A program made the translations under genes and the position numbers. From NCBI GenBank assembly GCA_964475465.1, contig CAYYXA010000068.1, positions 23,811 to 87,810 on the forward strand: a stretch of 64,000 nt of DNA, written 5' to 3'. Below the pieces are notes generated by a model. The model ran no database searches. It saw nothing but the letters and a program-made list of their open reading frames with translations, and had not been told where the DNA came from. Shown here piece by piece: positions 29,614 through 40,078 of this stretch. This stretch comes from an uncultured Brevinematales bacterium (GTDB lineage: Bacteria; Spirochaetota; Brevinematia; DTOW01). Numbering within the stretch: position 1 is the stretch's first letter; each line of letters opens with the position of its first letter.

Positions 29614-31044
29614 ATGAAGAGGCAAGTATTCATAGTAATACTGGTTTCTCTTTTCTTTACACTAGCCATAGTTTTATCGCTAGTAATAAGGATTCCGGTA
29701 GGGAGCACTACTACTTCGTATATAAACGAAAAGATCGTAAAGCTAGTAGGTATAGGTGTGAACATAAAAAACATCACTACTGGACTTATCGGAATGAGAA
29801 TAGAAGAATTATCATACGCTCCTGATTTCTACGCAAAAGACATAAGAGTAGATTATAACGAATTTATAATGTTTTTTGAAGGGAAAAATAACTCTATAAC
29901 TTTCTTAGTGTCTTCAAACAGCTTTGATTTTTCATCCTTCTCAAAAGAAATTTCTACTCTAGGGATAGAAGAAGAAATAGGAATAAACGTAGCCACAAAC
30001 CTGTTACCCACTTATATCGACAAAATCGACTATAGAATAAGCAACCTCATAAGAAGCTATGAACAGAATAAAGATATACTCCTAAAGTACCCCGAGAAAT
30101 TTACAACCTACTGGTTAGATGCAAGCTACGAAATAAGCAAAATGTCTCTAGAACTAAACAAAGAGGTCAGTAAAAGAAAACAAAAGATATACAAACTCCT
30201 AAAGGACTTTGAAAACGAAGTACCTAAGGAATACTTTAAACTTGCGAATAAAGGCAAAGCTAAAGAGCCTTCTTACGTATTTGCTAAGAACTTTGACAAA
30301 AAACTAGCAGAAATTAGAGCCAGTATAACAAACTACGAAAAGGAAATAGATAATATCCTATCAAAAATTTCGTTATTAAATGAAGGATATAAAATAGCAT
30401 GGGAAGAAAAAACAAAAATGATCAAACAAAAACCAGAATCTTACTTCCAGAGATACATTTCAACATTTCCATATTACTTAGCAATGGAATTAGCAAATTA
30501 CAAGTTTATAGATCTACCTGACAGACTAAACATGAAAAACGTAAGCTATACCTTTAGAAAGGAAAGTGAAGGAATGACCGTAAAAATAGAAGGGCACATG
30601 CTAGATGGAAGGAAAGTATACGCTGAGTTTAAAACTTCAGACCAGGACAAAACATGGAAAGGGATATTAAAGATCTTAAAAACAAAAAGTGAAACTACAA
30701 CGATAAAGGACGGGAAAGCAGAAAACTTAGTACTTCACTTCTCATTCACTCCAATTTCCTCACTAAGCGGTGAAATAAAAGTACAACTAGTTCCTGAAAT
30801 CAACAAGTACGAACTCCTTTACAATACTCTGACAAACGAAACAGTAATCAATAAAATACTAACCAAAATGACAGATTTAGAAAATATAATCGACATAATA
30901 CTTACGGCAGAAGTAGACAACCTACTTAGAAGCTATAAGGAACAGTACAAAAGATACTACAACGGTATTTTAAAAGATGTTGACAAAGTTGTCTTAAGCT
31001 TTGAAAAATACATCCAAAAATCAAAAGAAGAAATTCTCCACTAA
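29614..31044 (+). CDS. Hypothetical protein with N-terminal anchor and central coiled coil (AsmA/TIGR03545-like architecture possible)
   Basis: Hydrophobic N-terminus, beta-rich segment, long helical K/E-rich middle, then a beta segment. The family guess is weak. Confidence 0.6.
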   Translation: MKRQVFIVILVSLFFTLAIVLSLVIRIPVGSTTTSYINEKIVKLVGIGVNIKNITTGLIGMRIEELSYAPDFYAKDIRVDYNEFIMFFEGKNNSITFLVSSNSFDFSSFSKEISTLGIEEEIGINVATNLLPTYIDKIDYRISNLIRSYEQNKDILLKYPEKFTTYWLDASYEISKMSLELNKEVSKRKQKIYKLLKDFENEVPKEYFKLANKGKAKEPSYVFAKNFDKKLAEIRASITNYEKEIDNILSKISLLNEGYKIAWEEKTKMIKQKPESYFQRYISTFPYYLAMELANYKFIDLPDRLNMKNVSYTFRKESEGMTVKIEGHMLDGRKVYAEFKTSDQDKTWKGILKILKTKSETTTIKDGKAENLVLHFSFTPISSLSGEIKVQLVPEINKYELLYNTLTNETVINKILTKMTDLENIIDIILTAEVDNLLRSYKEQYKRYYNGILKDVDKVVLSFEKYIQKSKEEILH

Positions 31045-31128
31045 CTCCAAGTATCAAGAAGTATCAAACCATAAGCAAGCCTCTACAAGAACATTATTCT
31101 CCTCAAACTCCAAAAACTCGGGAAAGTA

Positions 31129-33039
31129 CTATTTCATGAAAATATAACCACTATAAGGAGGAATTTGCCATGATGCAGTAGTACTGCTAATGTTCGTTGT
31201 CTCCGTTCCTCTACTTGTGTATGGATCAACCACAATTGTCCAAGTACCTGTCTCAAAGAATGGATAAATTGTTTGAGTTGAGCCACTAAAGTTAACAGCA
31301 ACAACAAACTTATTATCACTCAAAGTACCATTGTAATTTAATGCATACACAATATGCTTACTAGTACTCCAATTAAAGTTAGCTGGATTCCATTCATTCC
31401 CCCACTTAAACAGTCCAACTGAAGAAGGATCAGGATGAGTAAGCCTCAAAGCAGGATGGTTTTTCCTAAGATGTATAAGTCCCGAGTAATATTCGTAAAT
31501 GTTAGTATTTGTTGTGAGCCAACTCCAATCAATATTACCGTTAGTTTCGTGTGTGTTTTGCCCTATTCTCGGCCTAACAAATTCCTGTCCTGCCATTATC
31601 ATAGGTATGCCCATAGAGGTAAAAAGAACGATTGCACCAAGTTTTGAAGCATTTGTTGCATCCGTCAATGTAAGCCCGCTATATGTAACAAGCTCAGTGT
31701 AAACAGAATTCTCGTCATGCGATTCAAAGTAATTCACTCCTTCTAGTGGTGAAGCAAAATTACCGCTATCCTTATCATAATATATCATCCTACCAACTCT
31801 ACTAACATTATCATATAACTCCCCCTCAAATGGTCCTCTCCTTAGCATTGCCTTCATCTTATCATGAAAAATTTGCTGCCATTGCGCTATGCCAGTATTT
31901 TTAAAATCTTGAGAATTCGGTAATTGTTCTACTATCCATATCTTGTTGGGATATTGTGCCTTCAAAGAGTTAATAACTTCTATAAGTGCTGGCCTAGCAT
32001 TCTTATAAGGATTTCCTCCCTCCATAGCAAAAGTACCATCAAACCTAAATCCATCTATATGAAATTCTTCTATGAAGTACTTAAGAGTATCATAAACAAG
32101 CTTCTTAGCCACCGGTTTCCAGAGAGCAAACTTGTTCCCCCAAGGTGTTGAGTCATCACCACCAGGACTTGCCTCAACAACACCATCACCATCGAAATCA
32201 AAGTAATACTTGTTGTCTATCATCCATAAGTAGTTATTGTCGTTCCCAGTATGATTAAAAACAACATCAAGGATAACCGCTATACCTACTTTATGTAGTT
32301 CGTTTACCAACGTCTTTAAGTCCTGAATAGTACCGTAATCACTATGTATACCCATGAATAAGACAGGATTATAGCCCCATGTATAGCCAGAATAGAATTC
32401 TTGTACATGTATTGGCATGAGCTCTATAGCATTTATTCCAAGGTGTAGTAAATAGTTTGTCTTTTCAAGAATACCTAAAAATTTACCTCTATTTGCTGCT
32501 GAAACAGTAGTATCATTCCTTGTAAAACTCCAAGTATGCAACTCATATATAACTAAGTTACTAGGATGCGGTGGCGTATAGCTACCATCCTCCCAATTGA
32601 ATGCCTGTAAGTTGGTAAAAATACTATTGAATCCACCAAAACCGTCATCAGTGACCATTTTAGAATAAGGATCTGCAACCCAAGTTGAACCATTTATAAC
32701 GTACTTGTACTTCTTACCATTAACTGAGCTTAAAGGTAAAGACGTCACCCAAATAGGCACCTTTTCACCATATATCTCCGTATATACAGTTGTCATAGGG
32801 TTAGCAGTCTTATTCCAAGAATTAAAATCTCCTGCAATAGACACAGAAGTCGCCGAAGGTGCAAAGAAATAGAAATAAACATTGCCATCATTTGACACTA
32901 CAGCCCCCAAAGTAGGAGGAGTCGGGTAAAGCTGCTCTTGAATTGAATCATCACCACTTTGAGGTCTCGGAGAACAAAAAGTCAAAGCGATAAATGAAAC
33001 AAGAACTACTAATACCAACCACAAATTTCCAATCTTCAT
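31129..33039 (-). CDS. Exported GH13 alpha-amylase-family glucanase with CBM48-like domain, probable lipoprotein
   Basis: Signal ending ALTFC; SVSIAGDFNSW; GH13 regions DVVFNH, DGFRFD (nucleophile), VEQ (acid/base) and ESHD; WGYNP. Confidence 0.88.
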   Translation of the reverse strand: MKIGNLWLVLVVLVSFIALTFCSPRPQSGDDSIQEQLYPTPPTLGAVVSNDGNVYFYFFAPSATSVSIAGDFNSWNKTANPMTTVYTEIYGEKVPIWVTSLPLSSVNGKKYKYVINGSTWVADPYSKMVTDDGFGGFNSIFTNLQAFNWEDGSYTPPHPSNLVIYELHTWSFTRNDTTVSAANRGKFLGILEKTNYLLHLGINAIELMPIHVQEFYSGYTWGYNPVLFMGIHSDYGTIQDLKTLVNELHKVGIAVILDVVFNHTGNDNNYLWMIDNKYYFDFDGDGVVEASPGGDDSTPWGNKFALWKPVAKKLVYDTLKYFIEEFHIDGFRFDGTFAMEGGNPYKNARPALIEVINSLKAQYPNKIWIVEQLPNSQDFKNTGIAQWQQIFHDKMKAMLRRGPFEGELYDNVSRVGRMIYYDKDSGNFASPLEGVNYFESHDENSVYTELVTYSGLTLTDATNASKLGAIVLFTSMGIPMIMAGQEFVRPRIGQNTHETNGNIDWSWLTTNTNIYEYYSGLIHLRKNHPALRLTHPDPSSVGLFKWGNEWNPANFNWSTSKHIVYALNYNGTLSDNKFVVAVNFSGSTQTIYPFFETGTWTIVVDPYTSRGTETTNISSTTASWQIPPYSGYIFMK

Positions 33040-33220
33040 ACATCCTCCTCAAATCTTCTAGATCTAGTTTAGATTCTATAAAATATACCCAAAACTTTCA
33101 ACTAAAATTATAGATTCATATAAAACTCGGGCTCTACCTTTAAGAAGCTTAACAGCACAATTTTTTGTAACCTAAAATGTCATCTTCTCTAAAAAATATT
33201 TCTTAGCATTAGGCGCAAAA

Positions 33221-33685
33221 TTATTCTACTCTCAATGTTCTCTTTATATCCTCAACAAAAGTCCTGTATTCCAGAGTATCACCTATTTTCACAGAATCTC
33301 TGAAAAACTGAGGCATTTTAACAACTCTACCACTTTTTGCATCCATAAAAACAAGATCCGTTAACCCTATAAAAACCAATTCCTTACCAACCTCAGAAAC
33401 TCTATAGATCTTGTAACCTATCCTTATTTTCGTCAAAGTTGTTTCCATAAGAGCACTCTGGACAATAACTTCATCATCATAATAACAAGGTTTTATATAC
33501 CTGCCGGCAACATAAACTACAGGAAGGATGTATCCTTTACTTTCCAGTTCCTTGTAGGTAATCCCGTATTCTCTTATTAGGTTCGTTCTTCCTACTTCCA
33601 TCCAAACCAGGTAATTAGCATAGTAAACAACTCCCATCTGATCCGTTTCAGAATACCTCACCCTCAAGATAGTTTCGTTAATCAT
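33221..33685 (-). CDS. Acyl-CoA thioesterase (YbgC/FadM hot-dog family)
   Basis: VRYSETDQMGVVYYANYLVWMEVGR. Confidence 0.92.
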   Translation of the reverse strand: MINETILRVRYSETDQMGVVYYANYLVWMEVGRTNLIREYGITYKELESKGYILPVVYVAGRYIKPCYYDDEVIVQSALMETTLTKIRIGYKIYRVSEVGKELVFIGLTDLVFMDAKSGRVVKMPQFFRDSVKIGDTLEYRTFVEDIKRTLRVE

Positions 33686-33694
33686 AACACCTCC

Positions 33695-34546
33695 CTATAG
33701 AGTTACTTGGGTGCCAATACCTTCATCAGTGAATAACTCTATAAGTAAAGAATGCGGAACCGTACCGTTTATTATATGGACCTTGCTAACACCTCTTTCT
33801 ATAGCTTTGATTATTGAAGTTAACTTTGGTACCATACCACCTGTAGCAACACCTGAATCTATCAAACTTTGAAGCTCTGTAATAGTTATAGAAGAAATCA
33901 ATGAGTTTTTATCGTTTATGTCTCTATATATTCCATCAACATCAGTAAGGTATATCAACTTCTCAGCTTTCAGACTAACTGCTATCTCTGCTACAACATC
34001 ATCAGCATTGATGTTATAGGAATTCCCATCATCATCCACACCTAAAGGAGATATAACAGGTATATATCCATCCTCAATGAGTGAAACGATAAGTTCATTA
34101 TTTATTTTCTCAACCTGTCCAACAAAACCGATATCAATGCCTTTATAGAGTTTTTTCTTAGCCTTGATGGTAAAATTATCCTTCCCCGAAATACCTACTG
34201 CTTTACCACCGTTTTTTATTATATTCGCTACTATCTCTTTATTGACTACGCCACTGAGTACCATCTCAACTATCTCGACTGTTTCTGAATCAGTGATTCT
34301 ATGCCCTTCAACGAATTCCGGTTTCTTACCCAATTTCTCCATCAGCTCAGAAATTCTCTTACCACCTCCATGAACTATAACAGGATGCATTCCCAGGTGT
34401 TTGAGAAGAACAACATCTTTAGCAAAGGAAACTTTAAGGTCCTCCTTAACCATGGCACTACCGCCATACTTTATAACTATTACACTACCCTTAAACTTAA
34501 TGATGTACGGTAGAGCTTCTATGAGAACCCCTACTTTATCCCTCAT
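33695..34546 (-). CDS. argB: Acetylglutamate kinase
   Basis: EALPYI, VIKYGGSAM, VHGGG, YNINAD and GGMVPKL. Confidence 0.96.
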   Translation of the reverse strand: MRDKVGVLIEALPYIIKFKGSVIVIKYGGSAMVKEDLKVSFAKDVVLLKHLGMHPVIVHGGGKRISELMEKLGKKPEFVEGHRITDSETVEIVEMVLSGVVNKEIVANIIKNGGKAVGISGKDNFTIKAKKKLYKGIDIGFVGQVEKINNELIVSLIEDGYIPVISPLGVDDDGNSYNINADDVVAEIAVSLKAEKLIYLTDVDGIYRDINDKNSLISSITITELQSLIDSGVATGGMVPKLTSIIKAIERGVSKVHIINGTVPHSLLIELFTDEGIGTQVTL

Positions 34547-35727
34547 AAGCTTTCACAAAACTCCTTAAATCTCTTTATACCCTCTTTTATGTTCTCCATT
34601 GAACAGGCAAAAGACAACCTTACATACCTATCATCGCCGAAAGCAACTCCTGGAACCAAAGAAAGGAGTTTCTTATCTAGCAACTCCTCACAGAAATCAA
34701 CAGAGTTCCTTATTTTATCATTGTAAAATCTTGAGACATCAATGAAGTAATAGAACGCACCCTTAGGAACATAAGAACAAATATCCTTCAGCTCATTTGC
34801 TATGTAATCCCTCCTTTCCCTAAACACATAAAGACTCTTAATATCTTCCTCGTAATGATCTAAGAAACCTAAGAAAGCATATTGAACAAGTGAAGATGTA
34901 CCCGAAGATATATGACTTTGTATTGAATCCATGAGCTTGATTATTTCACTACTAGCACAGGCATAACCTATTCTCCAACCAGTTACTGAATGAGATTTTG
35001 AAAAACCATTTATGACTATTGTCATATCCTTAGCCTTCTCATCAATTGAAGCAAAACTAACGAAATCCCCCTCATATACAAAGCTTTCATATATTTCATC
35101 AGAAATAACATAAACACCATTAGTATATGCTATCTCAAAAATTGCTTTTAATACTTCAACAGGGTAAACAGCACCTGTTGGATTGTTTGGCGAATTAACA
35201 ATTATAGCTTTAGTTCTAGCACTTACAAGCTCTTTTAACTTACTTATGTCAGGTATAAAACCGTCTCGGCTATCAGTTTCTAGAACAACAGGTTTAGCAC
35301 CAACAATTTTAACTTGTTCAAGATAGCTTACCCAGTAGGGCGAAATGATTATTACCTCGTCACCATCATTACATAATGAGGCTAAAGCTAGATATATAGC
35401 ATGTTTACCACCTATCGTTATTATTACCTCGTCTTTAGAATAATTTACACCATTATACTTCTGGTACTTTTTCGCTATCTCCTCCCTAAGCTCAGGTATA
35501 CCAGCAGTAGGCTTATACAGATTAACGCCAGGCTTAGAGGAATAAAGCTTCAAATTCTCAACTAACCATTGAGGTGGCAGTAAGTCAGACTCACCAGCTG
35601 TCATGTTTATAACATCTAATCCTTTGCTTTTCAGCTCCTTTGTTTTTGCATTTACCTTAAGTGTTGCCGAAGGTTCTATACTAAGAACCTTTGAATTGAA
35701 AGGCTTAAAATTACTTGTATAAGACAT
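34543..35727 (-). CDS. aspC: PLP-dependent class I/II aminotransferase (aspartate aminotransferase-like)
   Basis: NSPNNPTGAVY, SDEIYE, FSKSHSVTGWRIGY (PLP Lys) and VPGVAFG. Confidence 0.88.
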   Translation of the reverse strand: MSYTSNFKPFNSKVLSIEPSATLKVNAKTKELKSKGLDVINMTAGESDLLPPQWLVENLKLYSSKPGVNLYKPTAGIPELREEIAKKYQKYNGVNYSKDEVIITIGGKHAIYLALASLCNDGDEVIIISPYWVSYLEQVKIVGAKPVVLETDSRDGFIPDISKLKELVSARTKAIIVNSPNNPTGAVYPVEVLKAIFEIAYTNGVYVISDEIYESFVYEGDFVSFASIDEKAKDMTIVINGFSKSHSVTGWRIGYACASSEIIKLMDSIQSHISSGTSSLVQYAFLGFLDHYEEDIKSLYVFRERRDYIANELKDICSYVPKGAFYYFIDVSRFYNDKIRNSVDFCEELLDKKLLSLVPGVAFGDDRYVRLSFACSMENIKEGIKRFKEFCESL

Positions 35728-35929
35728 TGCCTAAACCTCTCAATGATATAAATATTAAATTCTAAAAGATACAAAGTTATACCCTTCAAGTTAGAAGAAA
35801 CACATTGAAAAATTGCCAGTAAGCCTAAAATTCTTCTTTAACCTAGAATAATTTTTAAGCTGAGCTACTATACAATGGAACGTTAATACATTACAATACC
35901 ATTATTAGGCACCTAAGAATGGAGGAGGT

Positions 35930-37366
35930 CTATCTGAAAAACCACTTAATAGCAAGTAAGAGAACAATAATTAGCATCAAGAGCCACCATTGAGAAATAT
36001 TCTCCTCCTTGATCACAATAGTAGGAACACTAAGCTTATAGTTAGTTTTTACCCAATTCGGCAAGTCCTCTAATGAAACTACCCTACCCTTCGGTATAAT
36101 TCCCCCCTCAAATGCACTCTCAGAAAGTACTATCTCATTAATTTCCTCACTGCCTTTACCTAAAACAAATTTAAAGGCATTTCTGTAAATGTCTTCAGAA
36201 AAAGAATAAACAACTCCCTCCTTAGCAAGTTGCTTATCAAATCTACTTATATTTCTCAACATGATAACCAAAAATTCAACACCTTTATACCGGAAATATA
36301 CCGAATACCCAGCACTATCAAAAGTCTCAACATCATCAAGTTCAATGATAGGATAGTGATACCTAAACGCCAAATCAACCGTTCCCTCATATCCCTTCAC
36401 AAGCTCAAAAATCTCCTTTTCGTTTGAGTAAAGAAAAGAAGAAGTAGAAATTCTAGCATTCTGCACAGCAGATACTCTAAATATTTTCCTTATGAAAGAT
36501 TCATCAGGAGAAACAACAAAAACTCTACCTCCCACCTCAACAATATCAACTATATCATCCAGCTTAATTTCAACGCCAGGATACCCAACAATTAACCCTT
36601 TAAATTTTCTGTCAAAATGGAAATTTGTAGATTTTGTCATCTTTATGAAGTACTCACACCTAAGTGAAAAATCCTTAATAACCTGGTTAAGTCTAGAAAA
36701 ATCAGCATTCAAATCAAACCACAAAACACCTATATCTGAGTATAATTTTGTTTTCAAAGCTATATTTGTATTAACCGATCGAACCAAAATCTCTTCAGGT
36801 AAAGACGTAGCAGGAATGAAATAATTAGTTGAAAGGTCTTTGGATCGGTACAAAATCTTATTACCTCCATATATCTCTATTGGATCTTTGGCCAATAGCT
36901 CAACAACTAGATAGTCAATCTGAGAGATATTAGTAAAGTATATTTTCCTAATCAAGTGATTTGTTTTTATAAATGTATAAACAGGTACAAAAACTGTATT
37001 TTCTGAGATTACATTCACCGGAATATCAAAAAGGAAATCTGAAACAATAATGTTAAGTCTATTTGTCTCAAAGCTTCTAAAATCCTCATCAGGGTTATTA
37101 ACAGGAGAACCGAAAAACCTTACCCTATCAGGATTAACTAGAGAAATAATTTCTTTAACATTTCGCAACTTATCTTTCATGCTTTGAGAATTGTCAATCC
37201 AAAGTACTGTTTCAATAGGCTCATTACTAACAATACTATACTTAAGTGTTACAGGAAGAGCTACGAGAAACATTAGCAAAACAACAACAGAATAGACATA
37301 TTCCCTTCTCAAGAGCAGAAAAATCAAAGCCAAAATTCCAACTACCAGTGCTACTAAAAACATCAT
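35930..37366 (-). CDS. Hypothetical membrane protein with short vWA-like MIDAS segment and C-terminal anchor
   Basis: Two N-terminal TM helices, LWIDNSQSM (DxSxS), IIVSD and a C-terminal TM helix (WWLLMLIIVLLLAIKWFFR). Confidence 0.7.
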   Translation of the reverse strand: MMFLVALVVGILALIFLLLRREYVYSVVVLLMFLVALPVTLKYSIVSNEPIETVLWIDNSQSMKDKLRNVKEIISLVNPDRVRFFGSPVNNPDEDFRSFETNRLNIIVSDFLFDIPVNVISENTVFVPVYTFIKTNHLIRKIYFTNISQIDYLVVELLAKDPIEIYGGNKILYRSKDLSTNYFIPATSLPEEILVRSVNTNIALKTKLYSDIGVLWFDLNADFSRLNQVIKDFSLRCEYFIKMTKSTNFHFDRKFKGLIVGYPGVEIKLDDIVDIVEVGGRVFVVSPDESFIRKIFRVSAVQNARISTSSFLYSNEKEIFELVKGYEGTVDLAFRYHYPIIELDDVETFDSAGYSVYFRYKGVEFLVIMLRNISRFDKQLAKEGVVYSFSEDIYRNAFKFVLGKGSEEINEIVLSESAFEGGIIPKGRVVSLEDLPNWVKTNYKLSVPTIVIKEENISQWWLLMLIIVLLLAIKWFFR

Positions 37367-37687
37367 AACATGTTAATCAAAAAATCAATCACTTTTCATC
37401 TTACAAAAAATTTGATACCTAAAGTGCTTATAATACTCATTTAAACCAATGAGAGCAAATAAATACTCAAGCCCACACCCAAACAACCAGGGAACTAAAT
37501 AGAATTTTATCGAATTACCAACTAAAAGCACTTATAAGAATATCTAAAGCATATTGCACTACATAGTACATATTCTAGGTGCTTAGGAGAGCTTCTTGAA
37601 AAGTATACAAAAATGTTGAGATACTTGGCATTACAAAATCATCCGTAATCTTTGACTAACAGTATCCGATTTTATAGAATATAGTAT

Positions 37688-38617
37688 ATGGAAGAAAAAA
37701 ATTTCATAACGATTGCAGCCAAGAAAGTAGTAACCAACGAAGAGTACGAGATAGATGATAAATCCAAGTTCCGCCTAGAACCTCCAAAATTTCTAAAGAA
37801 AAAGTTAGAAATAAAAATAATGGAAGAAGAACAGAAACTAAAAGCACTAGAAGAAGAAATCGAAAGACTCAATGAGGAGATAAGCAAAAAGCAAGAAGAA
37901 CTCAGTAAACTACAAGAAAAGTTTTTAGAAGATGCAAACGAAAAAGCCTCTGAAATAATAGAGGAAGCCGAGAAAGTAGCATTCAATAAGATAAAATCAT
38001 ACATTGAAGAAAAAAATAGGATAATAGAAGAAACGAACAAAGAAAAAGAAAATATCTTAGCAGAAGCTAGAAAAGAAGCCCAAGAAATAATTTCCGAAGC
38101 AAAAGCTGAAGCTGAAGAAATAAAGAAAAAAGCATATAACGAAGGATACAAACTAGGCTTAGAAGATGGCTTCAAAGAAGGGAAAAAAGAGCTAGAAGTA
38201 TTAGCTACGAGATTACACGAAATAACATCTTACATTGTCAGAAAAAGAGAAGAAATAATACAGAAATCAGAAAGAGAAGTTGTAGAGCTAGCTCTAGAAA
38301 TAGTAAAAAAAATACTTAAGGAAATCACAGAGAACGAAAAAGAAATAGTACTAAGGCAAATAAAGTACGCTCTATCCAAATTGGCAGGTGAAACAAAGTT
38401 TATCATAAGGGTAAACCCAAGAGATTTAGAAATCACAACAAGCCACAAAGAAGAATTTATAAATCTTCTGGAAAAGAATGGAGACATAAAAATATTTGAA
38501 GATCCATTCGTTGAACCCGGCGGATGCGTAATAGAGACAGATACAACCACCATAGACTTAAAAATATTCTCACAACTTCAAGAAATAGAAGAGAAAATAA
38601 AATCAATGTTACCATAA
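37688..38617 (+). CDS. fliH: Flagellar export apparatus regulator FliH
   Basis: Long charged coiled coil, GxxxG repeats EGYKLGLEDGFKEG, IIRVNPRDL and the C-terminal motif VEPGGCVIETDTTTID. Confidence 0.85.
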   Translation: MEEKNFITIAAKKVVTNEEYEIDDKSKFRLEPPKFLKKKLEIKIMEEEQKLKALEEEIERLNEEISKKQEELSKLQEKFLEDANEKASEIIEEAEKVAFNKIKSYIEEKNRIIEETNKEKENILAEARKEAQEIISEAKAEAEEIKKKAYNEGYKLGLEDGFKEGKKELEVLATRLHEITSYIVRKREEIIQKSEREVVELALEIVKKILKEITENEKEIVLRQIKYALSKLAGETKFIIRVNPRDLEITTSHKEEFINLLEKNGDIKIFEDPFVEPGGCVIETDTTTIDLKIFSQLQEIEEKIKSMLP

Positions 38618-38621
38618 GCAT

Positions 38622-39194
38622 ATGAAAGTATCCTCACTACACGACGTTATAAACTACCTTTTCAGATATTCATCTGACTTTCTACTAGTCTCACAAAAAG
38701 GTGCACTGATAGGGTTCATAGAGACTCCGGAAGTTATAGCTCTAAGCAACATATACTCAAGTATCTCCGAAATAGAAGAAAAAGATATCAAAGATATTAA
38801 GAAGCTAAAAAATTCAAAATTCGAAGGGAAGATTTTCCCCTTGCTAGATATACATGACTTCTCGATCGATTTTATTTCAAGAAATGAACTACTGTATCTC
38901 ACAGGAAATTCAGACTTAAATATTAACTTCGAAGCAGTTTTAAAAAATTTCCCTTTGCCTGTACTAATCTCAGATAGATTCGGCAAAATAGTCTTTGCTA
39001 ACTTAAAGTTTCTCGAGATAATGAAGGTCTATGAAGAAGAAATACTCGGTATAGACACAAACCTGATAGTTCCTTCATCCTCAAGCAAAGCTAAAGTAAA
39101 AGGGAAAGATTTTCTTGTAAATAAGAAAACAATGATTGTCGGAGACATAAAAATAAATGTCATCATCTTGATTCCGATTGAGAATTCTCGCTAA
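38622..39194 (+). CDS. Small PAS-domain protein, possibly with a degenerate CBS N-terminus
   Basis: PAS-like segment VLKNFPLPVLISDRFGKIVFANLKFLEIMKVYEEEILG; starts 4 nt after the fliH stop. Confidence 0.6.
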   Translation: MKVSSLHDVINYLFRYSSDFLLVSQKGALIGFIETPEVIALSNIYSSISEIEEKDIKDIKKLKNSKFEGKIFPLLDIHDFSIDFISRNELLYLTGNSDLNINFEAVLKNFPLPVLISDRFGKIVFANLKFLEIMKVYEEEILGIDTNLIVPSSSSKAKVKGKDFLVNKKTMIVGDIKINVIILIPIENSR

Positions 39195-39639
39195 TTATCT
39201 TTTCTATTATTATTTGCATTCTATCGGTATGCGTTGAGTGCCAATAAACCTTCTTACAGTTATCACAAACATAGAATTCATCAAATGAGTTAAAAGTGAC
39301 CTCATCTACCAATTGCTTTACCTCGTCCTTAGCAACTCCCCTTAAAACTGAATTACATATAAGGCACCTGCTGAGAGGATTCACCTGAGACCTTAAATTA
39401 AACTTATCTAAAACTTCTTTTGTTTGTTCTATAGTGTGATTAGCCTCAACTATATAGACATTTCTAGGATTAAGTTCCTTAACCATTTTTTTATCTTTTG
39501 TAAGAATTATTCTATTCTCCTCCTCCGAAATCTTAACCATAGATTTGTCATCTATGTTTTTGTAATACTTAGTGTCAATGCCTAACATCCTTAAGTATTT
39601 AGCTAAGCCACCTAGCATTACATCAGCAATAAACTTCAT
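39163..39639 (-). CDS. Mut7-C RNase domain protein (DUF82; PIN-like plus Zn ribbon)
   Basis: FIADVMLGGLAKYLRMLG, ILTKD, SRCLICN and CDNCKKVYW. Confidence 0.92.
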   Translation of the reverse strand: MKFIADVMLGGLAKYLRMLGIDTKYYKNIDDKSMVKISEEENRIILTKDKKMVKELNPRNVYIVEANHTIEQTKEVLDKFNLRSQVNPLSRCLICNSVLRGVAKDEVKQLVDEVTFNSFDEFYVCDNCKKVYWHSTHTDRMQIIIEKIISENSQSESR

Positions 39640-39642
39640 ACC

Positions 39643-40074
39643 TTAAGCAAGTATTGACATTACTATACCCCTAAGTTCAGATGATAAATTGATCAAAGCC
39701 GCTCTCGTAATATGTTCTCTCAGCAACTTTTCTAACATTTCCCTAAGTCTGGTATCTGCAAACACTATAACCCTTAACTTTTTATCCTTTGATCTCAAAG
39801 AAGACTTTTCGATAACCCTAGCCAAGTTAGATAGCTTCACTACTAAATCCCCTATAAGTTTCTTGTACTCCTCAACCAGTTCATTAGAAAACTCTTTTTC
39901 TAATCTACTTTCCAATTCATCAAGCTTTTTACTTACTTTGTTTATCTCCTCATTCTCAGCTATTGAAGAAAAAATAATTTCTTCAAAGCTTCTTGAGTGA
40001 GTTCCTACGGATTTTTTAGTCTGAAGCCCCCTTCTAGGGTATAACTTATAGTCACCATCTACTCTTATAATCAT
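39643..40074 (-). CDS. YaaR / DUF327 family protein
   Basis: F..I..., ELVEEYKKLI, IVFADTRL.EM and GIVMSI fit the DUF327 pattern. Start set at ATG 40074, since the ORF-track start lies inside the tRNA. Confidence 0.7.
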   Translation of the reverse strand: MIIRVDGDYKLYPRRGLQTKKSVGTHSRSFEEIIFSSIAENEEINKVSKKLDELESRLEKEFSNELVEEYKKLIGDLVVKLSNLARVIEKSSLRSKDKKLRVIVFADTRLREMLEKLLREHITRAALINLSSELRGIVMSILA

Positions 40075-40078
40075 TATT

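Noticed and set aside
37688-38617. FliH ORF as an ATP synthase subunit b or V-type subunit E
   Set aside because: No N-terminal TM helix and no atp/ntp neighbours; GxxxG repeats and the C-terminal GGCVIET motif fit FliH.
5933-39639. PIN/TRAM and Mut7-C genes as toxin-antitoxin or defence systems
   Set aside because: Neither has an adjacent antitoxin-sized partner, and both belong to widespread stand-alone families.
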